Program-made: the position numbers and the translations under genes | Notes under the pieces: generated by a model | What the model saw: only the letters and a program-made list of their open reading frames with translations | Database searches by the model: none | What the model was told of the DNA's origin: nothing | Shown here: one piece after another, positions 14,101 through 26,222 of the stretch | Numbering within the stretch: the first letter of the stretch is position 1 | Layout: each line of letters opens with the position of its first letter | Assembly (NCBI GenBank): GCA_045837725.1 | Contig: JBEWZL010000163.1 | Span: forward strand, 186,001-250,000 | Direction: 5' to 3' | DNA length: 64,000 nt | Origin: Vermamoeba vermiformis | Lineage: Eukaryota

Positions 14101-16970
14101 GCGCTGCTGTCGTGCTCGCGTCACTCATCGCACACTGCACGCTCAAGCAGTCTGAGCCCGACAGCAATCTGACCGCGCTGTTCAAGTTCTTGCAGCTCGT
14201 GCACGCGTGGCTGGGTACACACTCCGCGTGCCAGCAGAAGAATTCACTGCTGCCGCGACTGATGTTGCACTTGTTCGACAGCGCAGTGCTGGACACGGAC
14301 GAGGCTGAGCTCAAGACAGAGCGCGATCAGTGCGTCTGTTGCGTGCACAAACTATCGCTGCCCGTGCTCGTCGATGAGCAGCTGCACAAGCGCCGCGAAC
14401 TCGATCCACACGCGCACAACTACACCGAGCCCTGGTCGAAGGGTCAGATCAGCGCGCTGTATCAACTGCTCGCCCTGCCCCTCGAAGTCGATGCTGAGCA
14501 CGAGGCCCGACAGCTGTATCTCTTCTTGAATCCCATTGCCTATCAGATCCTCAATGCGCGCAGCAAGGTCCAGTCACGTGTCGCTGTGTCAGTCTTTGCT
14601 GCCATTGAGCGCTGTCTGCCGCACATCACCGCGCAGCTCACTGGTAAGCACGTGATGACATTGCCTTATATGGTACTGACAGACACACAGCCCCAACATT
14701 CAAAGAGCACGTCAAGAAATATCTCGCTGGTCACGTGACAGACGATGACGTGCTGAGTGGCCAGCAGGCAGAGTGTCCAGGGCTGTACCACGACATCTAC
14801 TATCTGCTCGGCAAGGCGGAACTCGCGCGTGATGGACGCTATCAGATGAGCGGCACTGCGCGCAAACACTACAAAGAACAAGTGGCGCGCCATCTCTACT
14901 TCTGGCCCGCGTGGCTAGAACTCGCTGAAATCTACTGGCTCAAAATGCACGACATTTCACTGCACCAACAGCACGGCGTGACGCACAAGACACCTGAGCG
15001 CGCACTGATCGCGAGTGTGATTGAACTCTTGCCTGGCGAGCACGTGCTCATGCGCAGAACTGCCAACACACCGCGACATCACGTGCTCTATTTCATGAAC
15101 GCACTGAGAGTAAGTAGATGAAGATGCCACGTGTGACAACGCGAATTTACCAAATTTAGAAATGTCTGTTGTGTCTGCACATGGTGTCGGTGTTGCTGCA
15201 GTTACAGCCGTTGATGGACAGTGCCACGCAGTTCTTGAGTCCAGCACTCATCCCCGTCACGCAGTTCACTGAATTGTTCCGCGGTGACAATGCGCTGAGC
15301 GAAGATCTGTTCGATGACGAGGAGACCGACACCGACACCAACACTGAGGCCACCGGTCACGCATTGACACGTGTCACTCTCCTGTCACAACTGCGCAGTG
15401 TCATCAAGCGCATGAGTCACGTGGACACACGCATGGAGAACTCCCCGGTGCAGTTCAGTGCTGCGTACTGCATGGCCCTGGTAGAGCAGTACATGGCACT
15501 GCTGGGCCCCGCACTCTACTCAGCACAGCGCTACGTGCACCACTTGCAGCACAGCACCACGACTGACTACTTCAAGTACCTCGCCAATCTCACCGTCACC
15601 TGCACGCACTCCACGGCCACTGTGGCGCAGCGCTCCAAAGCCATGCTCCGCAAAGCATGCAGTGCGCTGTTCTTGGCGGTCAGCTTCAAAGAGACGCAGA
15701 GTCGCATTCTGCTGTTCAATCGCGCCCTGAAGCGTGCAGTGCTGACCAGAGGTGTGCTGCAGAACGATGTGAGTGCCACTAGTCGCGCACTGCTCGAGTG
15801 GTTCGAACACGCGTGGAGATTTGCACCGACCAGCATCGAGGTGTTCTATCAGATGCATCGCTTGCGCCTGGACATTGCCATCAGAAGTGAGCTTGCCACG
15901 CCTGAGACCCTCGCCCTGGCACACTCGCTGCGCTACAATCCACCTGCAAAGAAGAAGAAACCAGCTGCAAACGGCAGTGACGAGGTGATTGAACTGACCG
16001 ACGACCAGAGCCAGTCACGTGACACTGAACTGACCAATCACGCGCTCGTTGAGAATGTAGTGCTGGCCTACAGACACTGCATTGACATGCTCAAGTTCCA
16101 CACGCACATCAACCTCGCGCTGGCACGGCTCTATCACGACTTGCCAGAGATGCGTGACGACAAACTCGCGCTGGAAGTCGTGCGGCCGCTGTTCAACACG
16201 GACAAGCTCAAGACCACCAACAAGGCGCGCAAAAAACAACTGCTCACACAACCGTTCTGTCGCATTTACATCACCCCAGACATGGACGCACTGCACCGAC
16301 CTCACAAGACGATTGCCATTGATCGCAAGGCCATGCGTCTGCTGGTGACATTGGCGGGACTAGAGCGCGACTCGAGTCTGCTCACCATCATCTGCACCCG
16401 CACTGAGCACGAGAAGTTGTTGGAAGATCTGCGCACATCTGCCATCTCCCGCGCAGTTGAAGTGAGTGACTGTGCGACATGCGGGCACAACTGACTGACA
16501 CGCTTGACAGGTGCTGAGCCACGAAGTAGAAGAAGAGCGCACTCATCCGCAAGAGGTGATTGAACTCGAAGAGGGCCCCGTAGATGAAGAGAAGAAACCT
16601 GTCACCACGCGCAAAGAGAAGGTACGCGATAGTGCATTGTGTGCGAGGACTAACCACTGTGCAGCTGTTGCGACGTTTGTGGAAGTTAGCGCAGCTCGAG
16701 TCGTTGAACTCACAGCCCACCCTCAAATCACTGGTGGAGAATCTCTTTTTGAAGGTCTATCACCTCAATCAGCCCGTCGCCACCGGTCTGCCCCCGACTG
16801 TACAGCACGCACTCGAGTACTGCAAGGGCAAGTGGTTGGCACGCAAGAAGCCAGTGCGCAAGAAGAAGACACAACCCGCGCCGAGTACTGCACCCAGCAC
16901 TGTGCCCACTGCCACTGTGAGCATCGATGCTCATGCGATGCAAGACGTCTCTGTAAATTTGAACGAATAA
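11143..16970 (+). CDS. CABIN1: Cabin1/Hir3-like TPR protein (HIRA histone-chaperone complex subunit), many exons
   Basis: Spliced N-terminus M|INFLAINEE...TEAQ|EAKLFQIYDKA...LKYLTLKNLA...AVEVDESDSQMWYKLG...ARYSFETG matches the Cabin1 N-terminal TPR region. The C-terminal part is divergent. Confidence 0.8.
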
Positions 16971-17044
16971 AACTGTTAATATGAACAAAAACGGATTTAT
17001 ATTACATTACTTTGTACAAGATAAATTAATATTAATTAACACTA

Positions 17045-19083
17045 TTATGCTGCTTGAGCTGCTTGTTTCGGCCTGGTATCGACAGCGACAGTCTTAATAT
17101 GCTCTTCATCGTCCAAGTCAATCATCTCCACCGCAGACAAGGTGTACGCTGAACACTGCACGTGAATGTACGGTTGCGAGGGGTCTGTGACGTGCTGCAC
17201 TTTGATAAAGTCGTCGTTGCGCTTGAACTCGTTCAACTTCATCACAAATGAGAGCGCGTTTGACTCCACATCGCTGCCACGCCCTGTCTTCACGAGCACG
17301 TGACGCGCAGTCGGACAGAACACGGCGTGCGATGCATTGTGCTCGCCTTCACCGCGATCATCGTGACCGTAACTCGTGTCGTATTGTGTGGGATTGACGT
17401 GTGGCAGTTGCGTGACATCGAGGCCTGTCAAACTGCGCGCAGAGTGATCGCGCACAAAGACAATGTTCTTGGGTCCGAGAATGGTGCTGGTGGCGTCAGG
17501 ACTGTTGATGAACAAGCCGAATGCAAAGATGACGATCAACAGACACACATTCGCGGCCTTCATGCTGCTCGCGGCTTGTTGTTGACGCGCAGTGCTGCCA
17601 CTCGGTGCGATGGCACTGTTGCGTGCGCGTTGTTCTTGCAGTCGTGTGCGCTGTTGTTGGTACTCTTGTTGGCGCGCACTGTCACGTGCTCGCAAATGTT
17701 CCACATAGCCCGGCTGCGTGCTGACTAACTCGCGCAGATAGCCGTTGTCGTCGCGCAGCATCGAGTTCTCCAGCTGCAGCTCTTCCACGCGCCACTCCAG
17801 TCGCGTTGTGTTCTCGTGCAACACACTGACGCGCTTCTCGAGCTCGTCCATGTACTGCTTCTTGCGGATGCGGCTCAGTTGCGCGCTCTCGCGGTTCTTG
17901 ATCAGTCGCTTCTGACGCTTCAACATGCGGTCCTCTTCGTCCTCCTCGCCCACATTCGCTTTGTCCTCTTCACCGTCGCGCTGTCGCTTGCGGCTGTTGG
18001 GCGTGGAGAGTGGTGGCAGCGGCAGATAGGCGGGCGTGTCATTCTGCGACTCGTACGGCGAGGCAGAGTATGACATGTCACGTGGTGCGGGTCTGATGGG
18101 AGGGAGCTGTGTTTGTTGTACAGGCTTCTGAATGGCAGGTGTCATTGGTGGCATGGGCGTGCTGACAGGTGTCATGACATTGACAGGTGTCATCGTGGGT
18201 GTGACAGCAGAGTGCGCATTGAACAGCAGCTGTGCCTGTTGCAGTGCTTGTAGTTGGTGCTGTTTGATGCGATCGTTCAGCACGGACTCCAACTGCGCCT
18301 CGACCTGACTCTTGAGCGGATCTGAGGGGGGTTGGTACGGCGCGGGACGATAGTAGTTCGCCATAGGCTGTTGTTGCGGCACATAAGAGGGCGGTGCAGC
18401 ACCGAGCACGGGGGGCTTGTAGACAGTGGGCTCTTGCGGCTGGAGGGGTCGGTGTGCAGTGTTGTTGGCTATCGGCAGCTGCGTGCGACCAAACGACGAC
18501 GGGTAGAGCACTTGCGGGTGTTCAATGACTTGCGTTGAGGGGTACTGGCGCTGAGGAAAGCGCGCCTGATTGGTGCGACTCGGTGGCGAGGGCTGTTTGG
18601 TTCTAGATCGGAATTATTAACTGAACTCGATGGTATATGCATCGTGGTAAAGAATGATCATTGCAATGGTCGTTAGTGATTTATAAGAGTGTTATGTCGT
18701 TAGATTTCCAAACATGAGCTGCATTGCTAAAACTCCGAAAATAATTCAATTTCTGTAAATCGCAACAAAAAGACAACTTACCTCTCATAATTAGCATAAA
18801 TCTGATTATCTCTATTATCGCGGCTTATATCTCGATTGGATTCTACACTGTGTGGCGATGAATCATGCGGTGGTGTATCTGCGATCTCGTCGGAGCTGGA
18901 TTGCGTATAGCCACCTTCAGGAGTGCTATTGAACGAATCCGATTCATTATATGAAGCCGATCCACTCACATCACTCATTGATATTTGATTTCCTTCGGTT
19001 AAAAACGCTTTGAACAAATCCTCATCGCTCAATTTCTCGATTGATGATAACTCGTCCAGGTTTTCGTTATTAACCATAGACAT
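17045..19083 (-). CDS. Membrane-tethered bZIP transcription factor (ATF6/CREB3/bZIP28-like)
   Basis: Basic region and zipper KRQKRLIKNRESAQLSRIRKK, then TM segment VCLLIVIFAFGLFI, an NSP, and a luminal RSLT motif. Confidence 0.85.
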
Positions 19084-19570
19084 TATGACTGTTGTTCATA
19101 TACTACTGTTCTTATTGTTCTATAATGAATTCTTCTAATTGCTGTGTGGTGTTCAACAGAGGACTCAAGTTGTGAATGCCAACCATTAGACTTTTTTTCA
19201 ATCATTACAGGAACGAATTCACAAACCATTAAATCGTGCACGAATCACAATTGAATCACGTCTCTGCTGCGGTGGCTTTAGCCTAGCAAAGTACCTGTTT
19301 GATATGCATAAGGCACCACATTGAATCGCCAAAAAAATTTAAATTGTTGGTAGCCCAAAAAAGCGCTACCGTGCCTAGATCCGAGACTGGCAGCCAGCCA
19401 ACGATTTTTTGGACATAACTGAGGTGTCATATATTAACAATGACTCATGCGAAGTTTAACTAAAAAAACGGTAGTCCTCTATCTTATAATGAAACCTAAA
19501 ACAAGCTTCAAACTTTTGTGATCTATTGCTAGATCGCGCACAAACCAAAAAACAAAGGCCTTTATTCTGT

Positions 19571-20131
19571 TTAAATTGGAACTCGTTTATTATTTACAAG
19601 TATATATGTATCGTATGCAAACGAAAGTGAAAGCTTGTTTGTCTCAAGGCAATATGAGATGCGCACTCCTCTATTGAAGTCCACATCCGCATAATATTCA
19701 TCACCTGGACGAATGCCTTTCTTCTTAATTGGGTTACTTATGTAACTGCCAAGTATAACAGCTGCGTCGTCTCTATCGAGGCGTGCTGAAACTGTTGTTG
19801 TAGTAGCGGATTCGTGATCTTGAATCTGCCGTTTTTTTGTTTTTTTTGTTCGCCAGTTGAACTTTCTTTCGGACAAGAATACATAAATCATATTAGCAAA
19901 GACGTTGTCCAAAGTATAAGTTGTAATAGTTGTACGGCGAATCTTTCGTGTTGAAATCCGATCTAAAATTAGTCTTTTGATGAGTTGTTGAGTCTTCTCT
20001 CGCATTCTATCATTAACTGGGTCGCATGAAATTAATTCAATTAATTTGCCTTGCTGATTAGCCAGCTGGATCGAGGCCTCGTCCAGATCTAAGCCAATGA
20101 ATAGCTCTTTGAACTCTCGTGATACGTCCAT
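19571..20131 (-). CDS. Hypothetical intronless AT-rich protein (~186 aa)
   Basis: Open frame from MDVSREF to RVPI*; no family recognised. Confidence 0.5.
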   Translation of the reverse strand: MDVSREFKELFIGLDLDEASIQLANQQGKLIELISCDPVNDRMREKTQQLIKRLILDRISTRKIRRTTITTYTLDNVFANMIYVFLSERKFNWRTKKTKKRQIQDHESATTTTVSARLDRDDAAVILGSYISNPIKKKGIRPGDEYYADVDFNRGVRISYCLETNKLSLSFAYDTYILVNNKRVPI

Positions 20132-20610
20132 TTCAATTAATAATATGAAATGGTCGTGCATTGTAATCGTTTTTATATGCAGTCTTGGGTGAGCGGTATG
20201 TGAATTCGGGTTTCTAAAAGCAGTAATTCCCAGTGTAATGACACGGCGAGCTAAAAACACAGAACCGCGTGCTGTGAATCACAACAGCTGGCTCTCGTGA
20301 CGTTAGTAAATCTGATCTACTGATTATTAGATCGTGTGGGTGCTCTCTTGCTGCGGTGCCGAATTGCTGCAATCCTTTTTGATCAGATTCCGAATTACTG
20401 ACATTGCGAAAATATCGTGCAACCGTCGCAGTGATGCGATGAACTTGCTCGCGCAGTGCTCACAGCTTTGTGCGCAGACATCGTGCTCGTGCTTGAGGTG
20501 CAGTGGCAGTCGAGTTGCGACATTTTACAAATCGAATATTACCGTTGCACGCAAGTACACAGCTCATGCACTCCAAGCCAAGCAATTACATACAATTATA
20601 ATTATACACG

Positions 20611-21537
20611 ATGGCAACTGACATAACTAAGCAAAATCTGGCCGCACTTGCCTCGCGGTACCAAAAACCAGCGGCAGATGCATCTTCGGCCGCAAATAAC
20701 GCTGAACAAGGAGGCATCCGAAACTGGCGTCAACGTGTTGTTGCGACGCGATATACTCCAGGACAATACAACAAAGGCGCACAAACACAAGCAGATGACA
20801 AAAAAAATAATAACGATAATAAAAATAAGAAAAATAAGGTGGAAGAGTTAGGATACGACGATTTCTCGCTTGACGACGATGAAAACACCAATTCAAATAG
20901 CAGCAGTAGCAGCGAAGAAGAAGCTGAAGAGGACGATGTGGTGGTTAAAGATGTGCCGCAGCCACCGATCACCATTACAAAGCCCGCAGTGAAGCCAGAG
21001 GAGACTAATGGCAAAGAAGCACATGCCCCTGTTGCTAATAAGCACGAACGAGTACCGAGCCTGCATATGGGCTTTACAACAGCAAAAGAGACCAAGAAAG
21101 AGGTCGTTACATCCCCCGCGTCGACGGAAGATCGAGACAAACTCGTCCAACAACTGCGCGATGAGATCAACAAGCTGAAGCAAGAGAATGAAGAGTACAA
21201 GAAGATGATGACCAAGTTCAGCGGTGAATTACAAGGAGCAGTGAGCAAGCTGGGCGATGCGATCAAAGAGCTGGAACACAAAGAGCACCAAGAGCAGAGC
21301 ACTGAGCTCATGATGAAGAAGATGGAGCAGAAGCTAGACGAACAACTCACGCGCATGGAGGTCAAGTCAATGCGCATGTTTCAACAGTACTACGAAACAG
21401 ATCTGCTGCGCCGCGCAGAGTCAGGCAACAGCAGCAAGGGTGTAAATACGTTCTTATATGTACAGTTTGGACTCTGGGTGCTCATCATCGTCTCGCTCAT
21501 TCTCTGGCTCAGTGCGCGCCGAGTTGATTACGAGTGA
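20611..21537 (+). CDS. Coiled-coil protein with C-terminal transmembrane anchor (tail-anchored)
   Basis: 308-aa single-exon ORF with an acidic/low-complexity N-half, a heptad-rich segment and a terminal FLYVQFGLWVLIIVSLILWL. Confidence 0.75.
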   Translation: MATDITKQNLAALASRYQKPAADASSAANNAEQGGIRNWRQRVVATRYTPGQYNKGAQTQADDKKNNNDNKNKKNKVEELGYDDFSLDDDENTNSNSSSSSEEEAEEDDVVVKDVPQPPITITKPAVKPEETNGKEAHAPVANKHERVPSLHMGFTTAKETKKEVVTSPASTEDRDKLVQQLRDEINKLKQENEEYKKMMTKFSGELQGAVSKLGDAIKELEHKEHQEQSTELMMKKMEQKLDEQLTRMEVKSMRMFQQYYETDLLRRAESGNSSKGVNTFLYVQFGLWVLIIVSLILWLSARRVDYE

Positions 21538-21706
21538 ACACATCTGAGTCTTAATAAATCAAATTGTAATTTATCAGTTATCTTACTCTTATTATATGTA
21601 TATATATCACCATTACGCAGCAGATCTTCGACCAGGGCCGATACCGTTGAATTTCTCAGAGAAATTAGTCGCCAATTTCTTTCAACACCCCCTGATCGAG
21701 CACAAC

Positions 21707-22864
21707 ATGAGCGACCAGCAGCCCAAACAAGCCAAAATAACCAGCTTCTTCGCCAAGCCTGCTGTACAACGCACCTTAACAACTGGTCTCGTGCCTGATC
21801 GCAAGCGAAAGTTAGATGACACCGAGCTCGAGGAACACGACATCACTCCCACCAATAAAAAGCAGAAAATTCAAGCAGCCCCCAGCGAGACTCAGCAATC
21901 GATTGACGATGCACTGATTGCGCACAACACGGTGCTGGGAAGTTCAAAATCGAGCGGGAACAGCGAACTGAGCGAGAAGAAGCAACTGTCGCCTCCACCG
22001 AGCACCAAGCCCACGCTGAGTAAGTACTTGCAGTGTTAGTCATCGCTCCTCTTCAGACCTTTGACACTTGCAGCAGATCGGGCACAAACAGTGTCGGGCA
22101 GCACTTCTTTTGCAGCCAGCGAGCGCAAGACAGTGGAACAGCCCGCGCGTGTCAAAGTGAAGCGCACAGTGACGTGGCGCTCGACACAGATGAGCGACGA
22201 GCACGCAGGTGTGACACTCGTGGTGGCTATGGGTGATTTGACGCACGAGCAGTGTGACGCCATTGTCAATGCCGCCAATTCCGCACTCGCGCACGGCGGT
22301 GGTGTGGCAGGTGCGATATCACGTGCTGCAGGGGCTGTGTTGGACCGCGAGTCGCGCGAGTGGGTGCGTGAACACGGTCGCGTGGAGCCAGGACAGGTGG
22401 CAGTGACGAGTGCGGGACGACTGCGCGACATCAAGCACGTGATTCACGCTGTAGGGCCGCTGTGGGAGGGGCGCGTGTGTGATGAAGAGCGCGAGGACGA
22501 GAGGTACGACATTGACGACCGCACACTGGCCATTCAGTACGAGGAGGATCAGCTGTTGCGCGACACGGTGCAGCACTCGCTCGAAGCAGCGCACGAACTG
22601 AGTGCGAGGAGCATTGCCCTGCCTGCCATCTCGAGTGGCATCTTTGGCTATCCGGTGCGTGGTACTGGTGCGCGAGGGGCGTGAACTGACTGCTGTTGTA
22701 TTATTTAGAAGCGCCGCTGTGCCGCAGTGCTGGTGAGTGCCGCGATCGAGTACATTGAAGCTAATCCGCACACCACGCTGCGTCAGATCCGATTCACGAA
22801 TTTTGATTGGCCCACGGTGGAGATATTCTTGGACGAGTTCAACGCGGTGTTTGGACCGGCTTAG
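21707..22864 (+). CDS. Macrodomain ADP-ribose hydrolase (MacroD/YmdB-like) with disordered N-terminus carrying a PIP-box-like motif (QAKITSFF)
   Basis: Motifs GDLT, DAIVNAANSALAHGGGVAGAI, VIHAVGP and PAISSGIFGYP. Confidence 0.92.
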
Positions 22865-23062
22865 AATGTGGTGAACAGTTATGTACTGGCAATGTAAATA
22901 GTGTGAATTAAAGTCTCCCCTCTCGCGCGGTGGAATTAGGTGTCACAGTTCCAAAAATAGAAATACTCCGCTGTTCAGCGAAAATGAGAATTCTCGACTA
23001 AAACATTTTATTTTAAAATCTGTGCATAAGAGAGCAACACACGCATCGGCAATTGACGCATA

Positions 23063-24346
23063 ATGCTGACTTCAGCGCCATTACCAGTCACTCATCAGTA
23101 TGACAAGGTAAGCGCGAGTACCTCCATCTGGATGAACCGAAATTGAACCAATTTTTGTAGGCCTTGCTCGAGCCCTATATTCATATAGAACAAACTCAAG
23201 GCAAAGGCATGCGAGAGAAGCTCATCGATGCCTTCAATCAGTGGCTGAAAGTAGATCACGACAAATTGGAGGTGATTAAACAAATCATCACTAAATTACA
23301 TACAGCCAGCTTGCTGTAAGTCGTATAATAATAATAATTATAGTAATTAAGGCAATAGCTAGTTCATCAACTAGCAATCATTATTACCATTGCCGTTTAT
23401 TTTATTTGAAAAACGGACTTTAACGAAGCAATTATTGCATTATTGCCATATTAACTCATTCACTATTGTACAGCATCGATGATATTGAAGACAATTCCAA
23501 GCTACGTCGCGGAGTGCCAGTGGCGCACCACATCTTCGGAGTGGCGAGCACGATCAACTGCGCCAACTACGTCTACTTTGAGTCCCTCGACATGCTCTAC
23601 AAGCTGCACAATCCCGCTGCGATTGGTGTGTTTGTCGGTGAGTCACGTGATCACGCGTACTGTGAGTGACTGACACGTGTCACAGAGGAGCTCGTCAATC
23701 TGCACCGCGGCCAGGGCTACGACATTCTGTGGCGCGACACGAGCACGTGTCCGAGTGAGGCCGAGTACACGCAGATGGTGCTGGACAGTGAGTAGCTGCG
23801 CCACTGCTCGCGGTCTGACTAACACTCACTGCAGAGACTGGCGGCCTGTTGCGACTCGGTGTGCGACTGATGCAGAGTTTCAGTGCGTGTCGCGCAGATC
23901 TGATACCACTCGTGAACACGTTCAGCTTGTACTATCAGATACGCGACGACTACATCAACTTGCAGTCGAGTGCCTACATGCAGAACAAGTCATTCTGCGA
24001 GGACTTGACGGAGGGCAAGTTCTCCTATCCCATCATTCACTCCATACGCGCCACTCCGCACGATCATCGCCTGCTCAGTAAGTACCGCGGTGCACTTGTC
24101 ACGTGCTGTGTTGATTGACACCTGTCAAGTACTCACGCTCAGTCCGCAGACATTCTGAAGCGCAAGACAGACGACGAGGACACGAAGCGCTATGCCGTGC
24201 AGGTGATGACCAACACGCAGTCCTTCAAGTACACCTTGGACACGCTGCAACAACTCGAGCAGCAGATCCGCAATCAGATCTGCACGCTGGGCGGCAATGC
24301 GTACATTGATCGCATCATTGACTATCTCACCAACAATCTCATTTAA
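23063..24346 (+). CDS. GGPS1: Geranylgeranyl pyrophosphate synthase (type III)
   Basis: Motifs [41 protein letters not shown] and EDLTEGKFS. Confidence 0.95.
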
Positions 24347-24482
24347 TCGCTGCACCATACTACTGTACATACGTGTAAATACAAAGCATCGCATCACACA
24401 AGTGTTTTAAAACAGCGTTGTATTCAGTCCGTACACAGGGCAATGTCAGCACTATAATAATACTGACACTAGAGTTGAGTAT

Positions 24483-25067
24483 TTACATGCGATCAATAGC
24501 GTTGCTGACTACCGCGGAGGTCACGTAGTTCACCGCCATGTTCTTCAGTTTGCGGCGTGCTTGACGGGCACAGCGGATGTAGCCGACGAGATTCGCGTAG
24601 CCCAACACCGCGCCCAGCACGCAGCGCACGAGATTGAACGGCGACAAGATGTCGAACAGCGCGGCCACACCGAGCACGGTCCAAGCGATGGGTGTGAGTG
24701 CAGTGCTGATCCAGAACAGCCGTACCTCGTGCGGTGAGAGCAGTGCGCGGTCCTCCAAGCTCTCGAAGATCCACTGCGACTTGCCGTCCTCGCGCACTTC
24801 GTTCCACCACCGCAGTCCCACCAGCAAGCGACCACTCACATTCTTCACGGTCCAGAAGTCAAACACCAAGAACAGCACGCAGAGAATGAAGGGTATAATG
24901 TCGACACCGCCTGTGGGTATCAGCCAGCCGAATAAATACGTCACAAAGGCTGCGATTTTGAACAGCAGATGGAACACCACTGCCACTGGATGACGTGCTT
25001 TTTTGACGTGGGGTGCGATAGGTGCAGCACCGGGGTCTTGATTGACATATATTGTAGTGTCTTGCAT
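24483..25067 (-). CDS. TVP23: Golgi apparatus membrane protein TVP23/FAM18
   Basis: Motifs HPVAVVFHLLFK and DFWTVKNVSGRLLVGLRWWN...W.FES. Confidence 0.95.
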   Translation of the reverse strand: MQDTTIYVNQDPGAAPIAPHVKKARHPVAVVFHLLFKIAAFVTYLFGWLIPTGGVDIIPFILCVLFLVFDFWTVKNVSGRLLVGLRWWNEVREDGKSQWIFESLEDRALLSPHEVRLFWISTALTPIAWTVLGVAALFDILSPFNLVRCVLGAVLGYANLVGYIRCARQARRKLKNMAVNYVTSAVVSNAIDRM

Positions 25068-25470
25068 GTCTGTCGCTGATGAGCCGTGTTAGTCCAGCGT
25101 GTGCGGAATTACGAAAAATAATAAAAAAAAATCAAACGATAATTCTCTATAATACAGCAGTGCTCATAATCAACTGACACGCATGTGGATATGTGTGATA
25201 TAATATATACGCACATGCGCCGTGGCTGTAATCAAATTATTGCAAATAAAATCAACCAGTGACTTACACGTAATTAATGAGCTCTGTTACAGCTAGAATA
25301 AGCTCTATAATAATAGCAAATAAGTGATATATACAATGCAGCCAATACGCGATGTATTGTGCTTAGTTAATACGTGTTTGGAAAATAACGCAAAGCAACA
25401 ATTTTTCTATTTTTCACAATCGCACACGAGCTCGAACACACGTCAATTATAGCATCAATATATATACAGC

Positions 25471-26136
25471 ATGTCTACTGACAACAACAAAGAAGAAAAG
25501 TCCCTCAGTCTCTCCAAATCTAAAGCCGGAGAACCAGTGCGAGGCAAACCTGTCAGTGGCAGAAACTGGAAAGCAGTCAAAACACAACGGTAATATGCGC
25601 GCATTTACAATCAATATCGTGGCATTATTATGGTGTCGAATGGAGTGCAAGCAGTGCTCTGTTCGTCGGATCGTTAATTCAGATCGCGATCAGATCCAGA
25701 AAGGATAACATCAATTCCAGTACCTGAATTAAATTATATCAATGCTGTAAATAATAGTTACTAAAAATCATTTTTAGCACGTCAACGTTAATTAAATCCA
25801 AGCCCAAGCGCAAGACGTGGGAAGAGAAGACAGCGGAGCGCAAGAGGCGCGAGGCAATGAAAGACTTCGAAAAAGAACTCAAAGAGGCGCAAGAGGCTGA
25901 ACGACTGCGCGAGATTGAGCGCATCAAAGAGAATCGCAAACGTCGCGCTGAGAACGAGAACAAATCTGTTCAATATCAAGTGGTACGTGACAGTCCATGT
26001 CCTTATTAGTCACGTTAACTCTCATATTACATTGCTAACTGCTTACCGTCTGTAGATTACCGATACAAACAAGATCAAGAAGATGAGCAAGAAACAGATG
26101 CGACACGTGCGCAGATTGGCAGATGTGAATAAATAA
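25471..26136 (+). CDS. Cgr1/CCDC86-like rRNA-processing protein
   Basis: RGKPVSGRNWK, charged coiled coil, RRAENENKS..Q..|ITDTNKIKKMSKKQMR; 3 exons. Confidence 0.85.
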
Positions 26137-26222
26137 CGAATATTACACGTGTATATATGAGATAGGTGTTTATTAACAAATAATAAGGGACTCAGAAGGC
26201 CCCTCGTCTTTACAATTGACAT

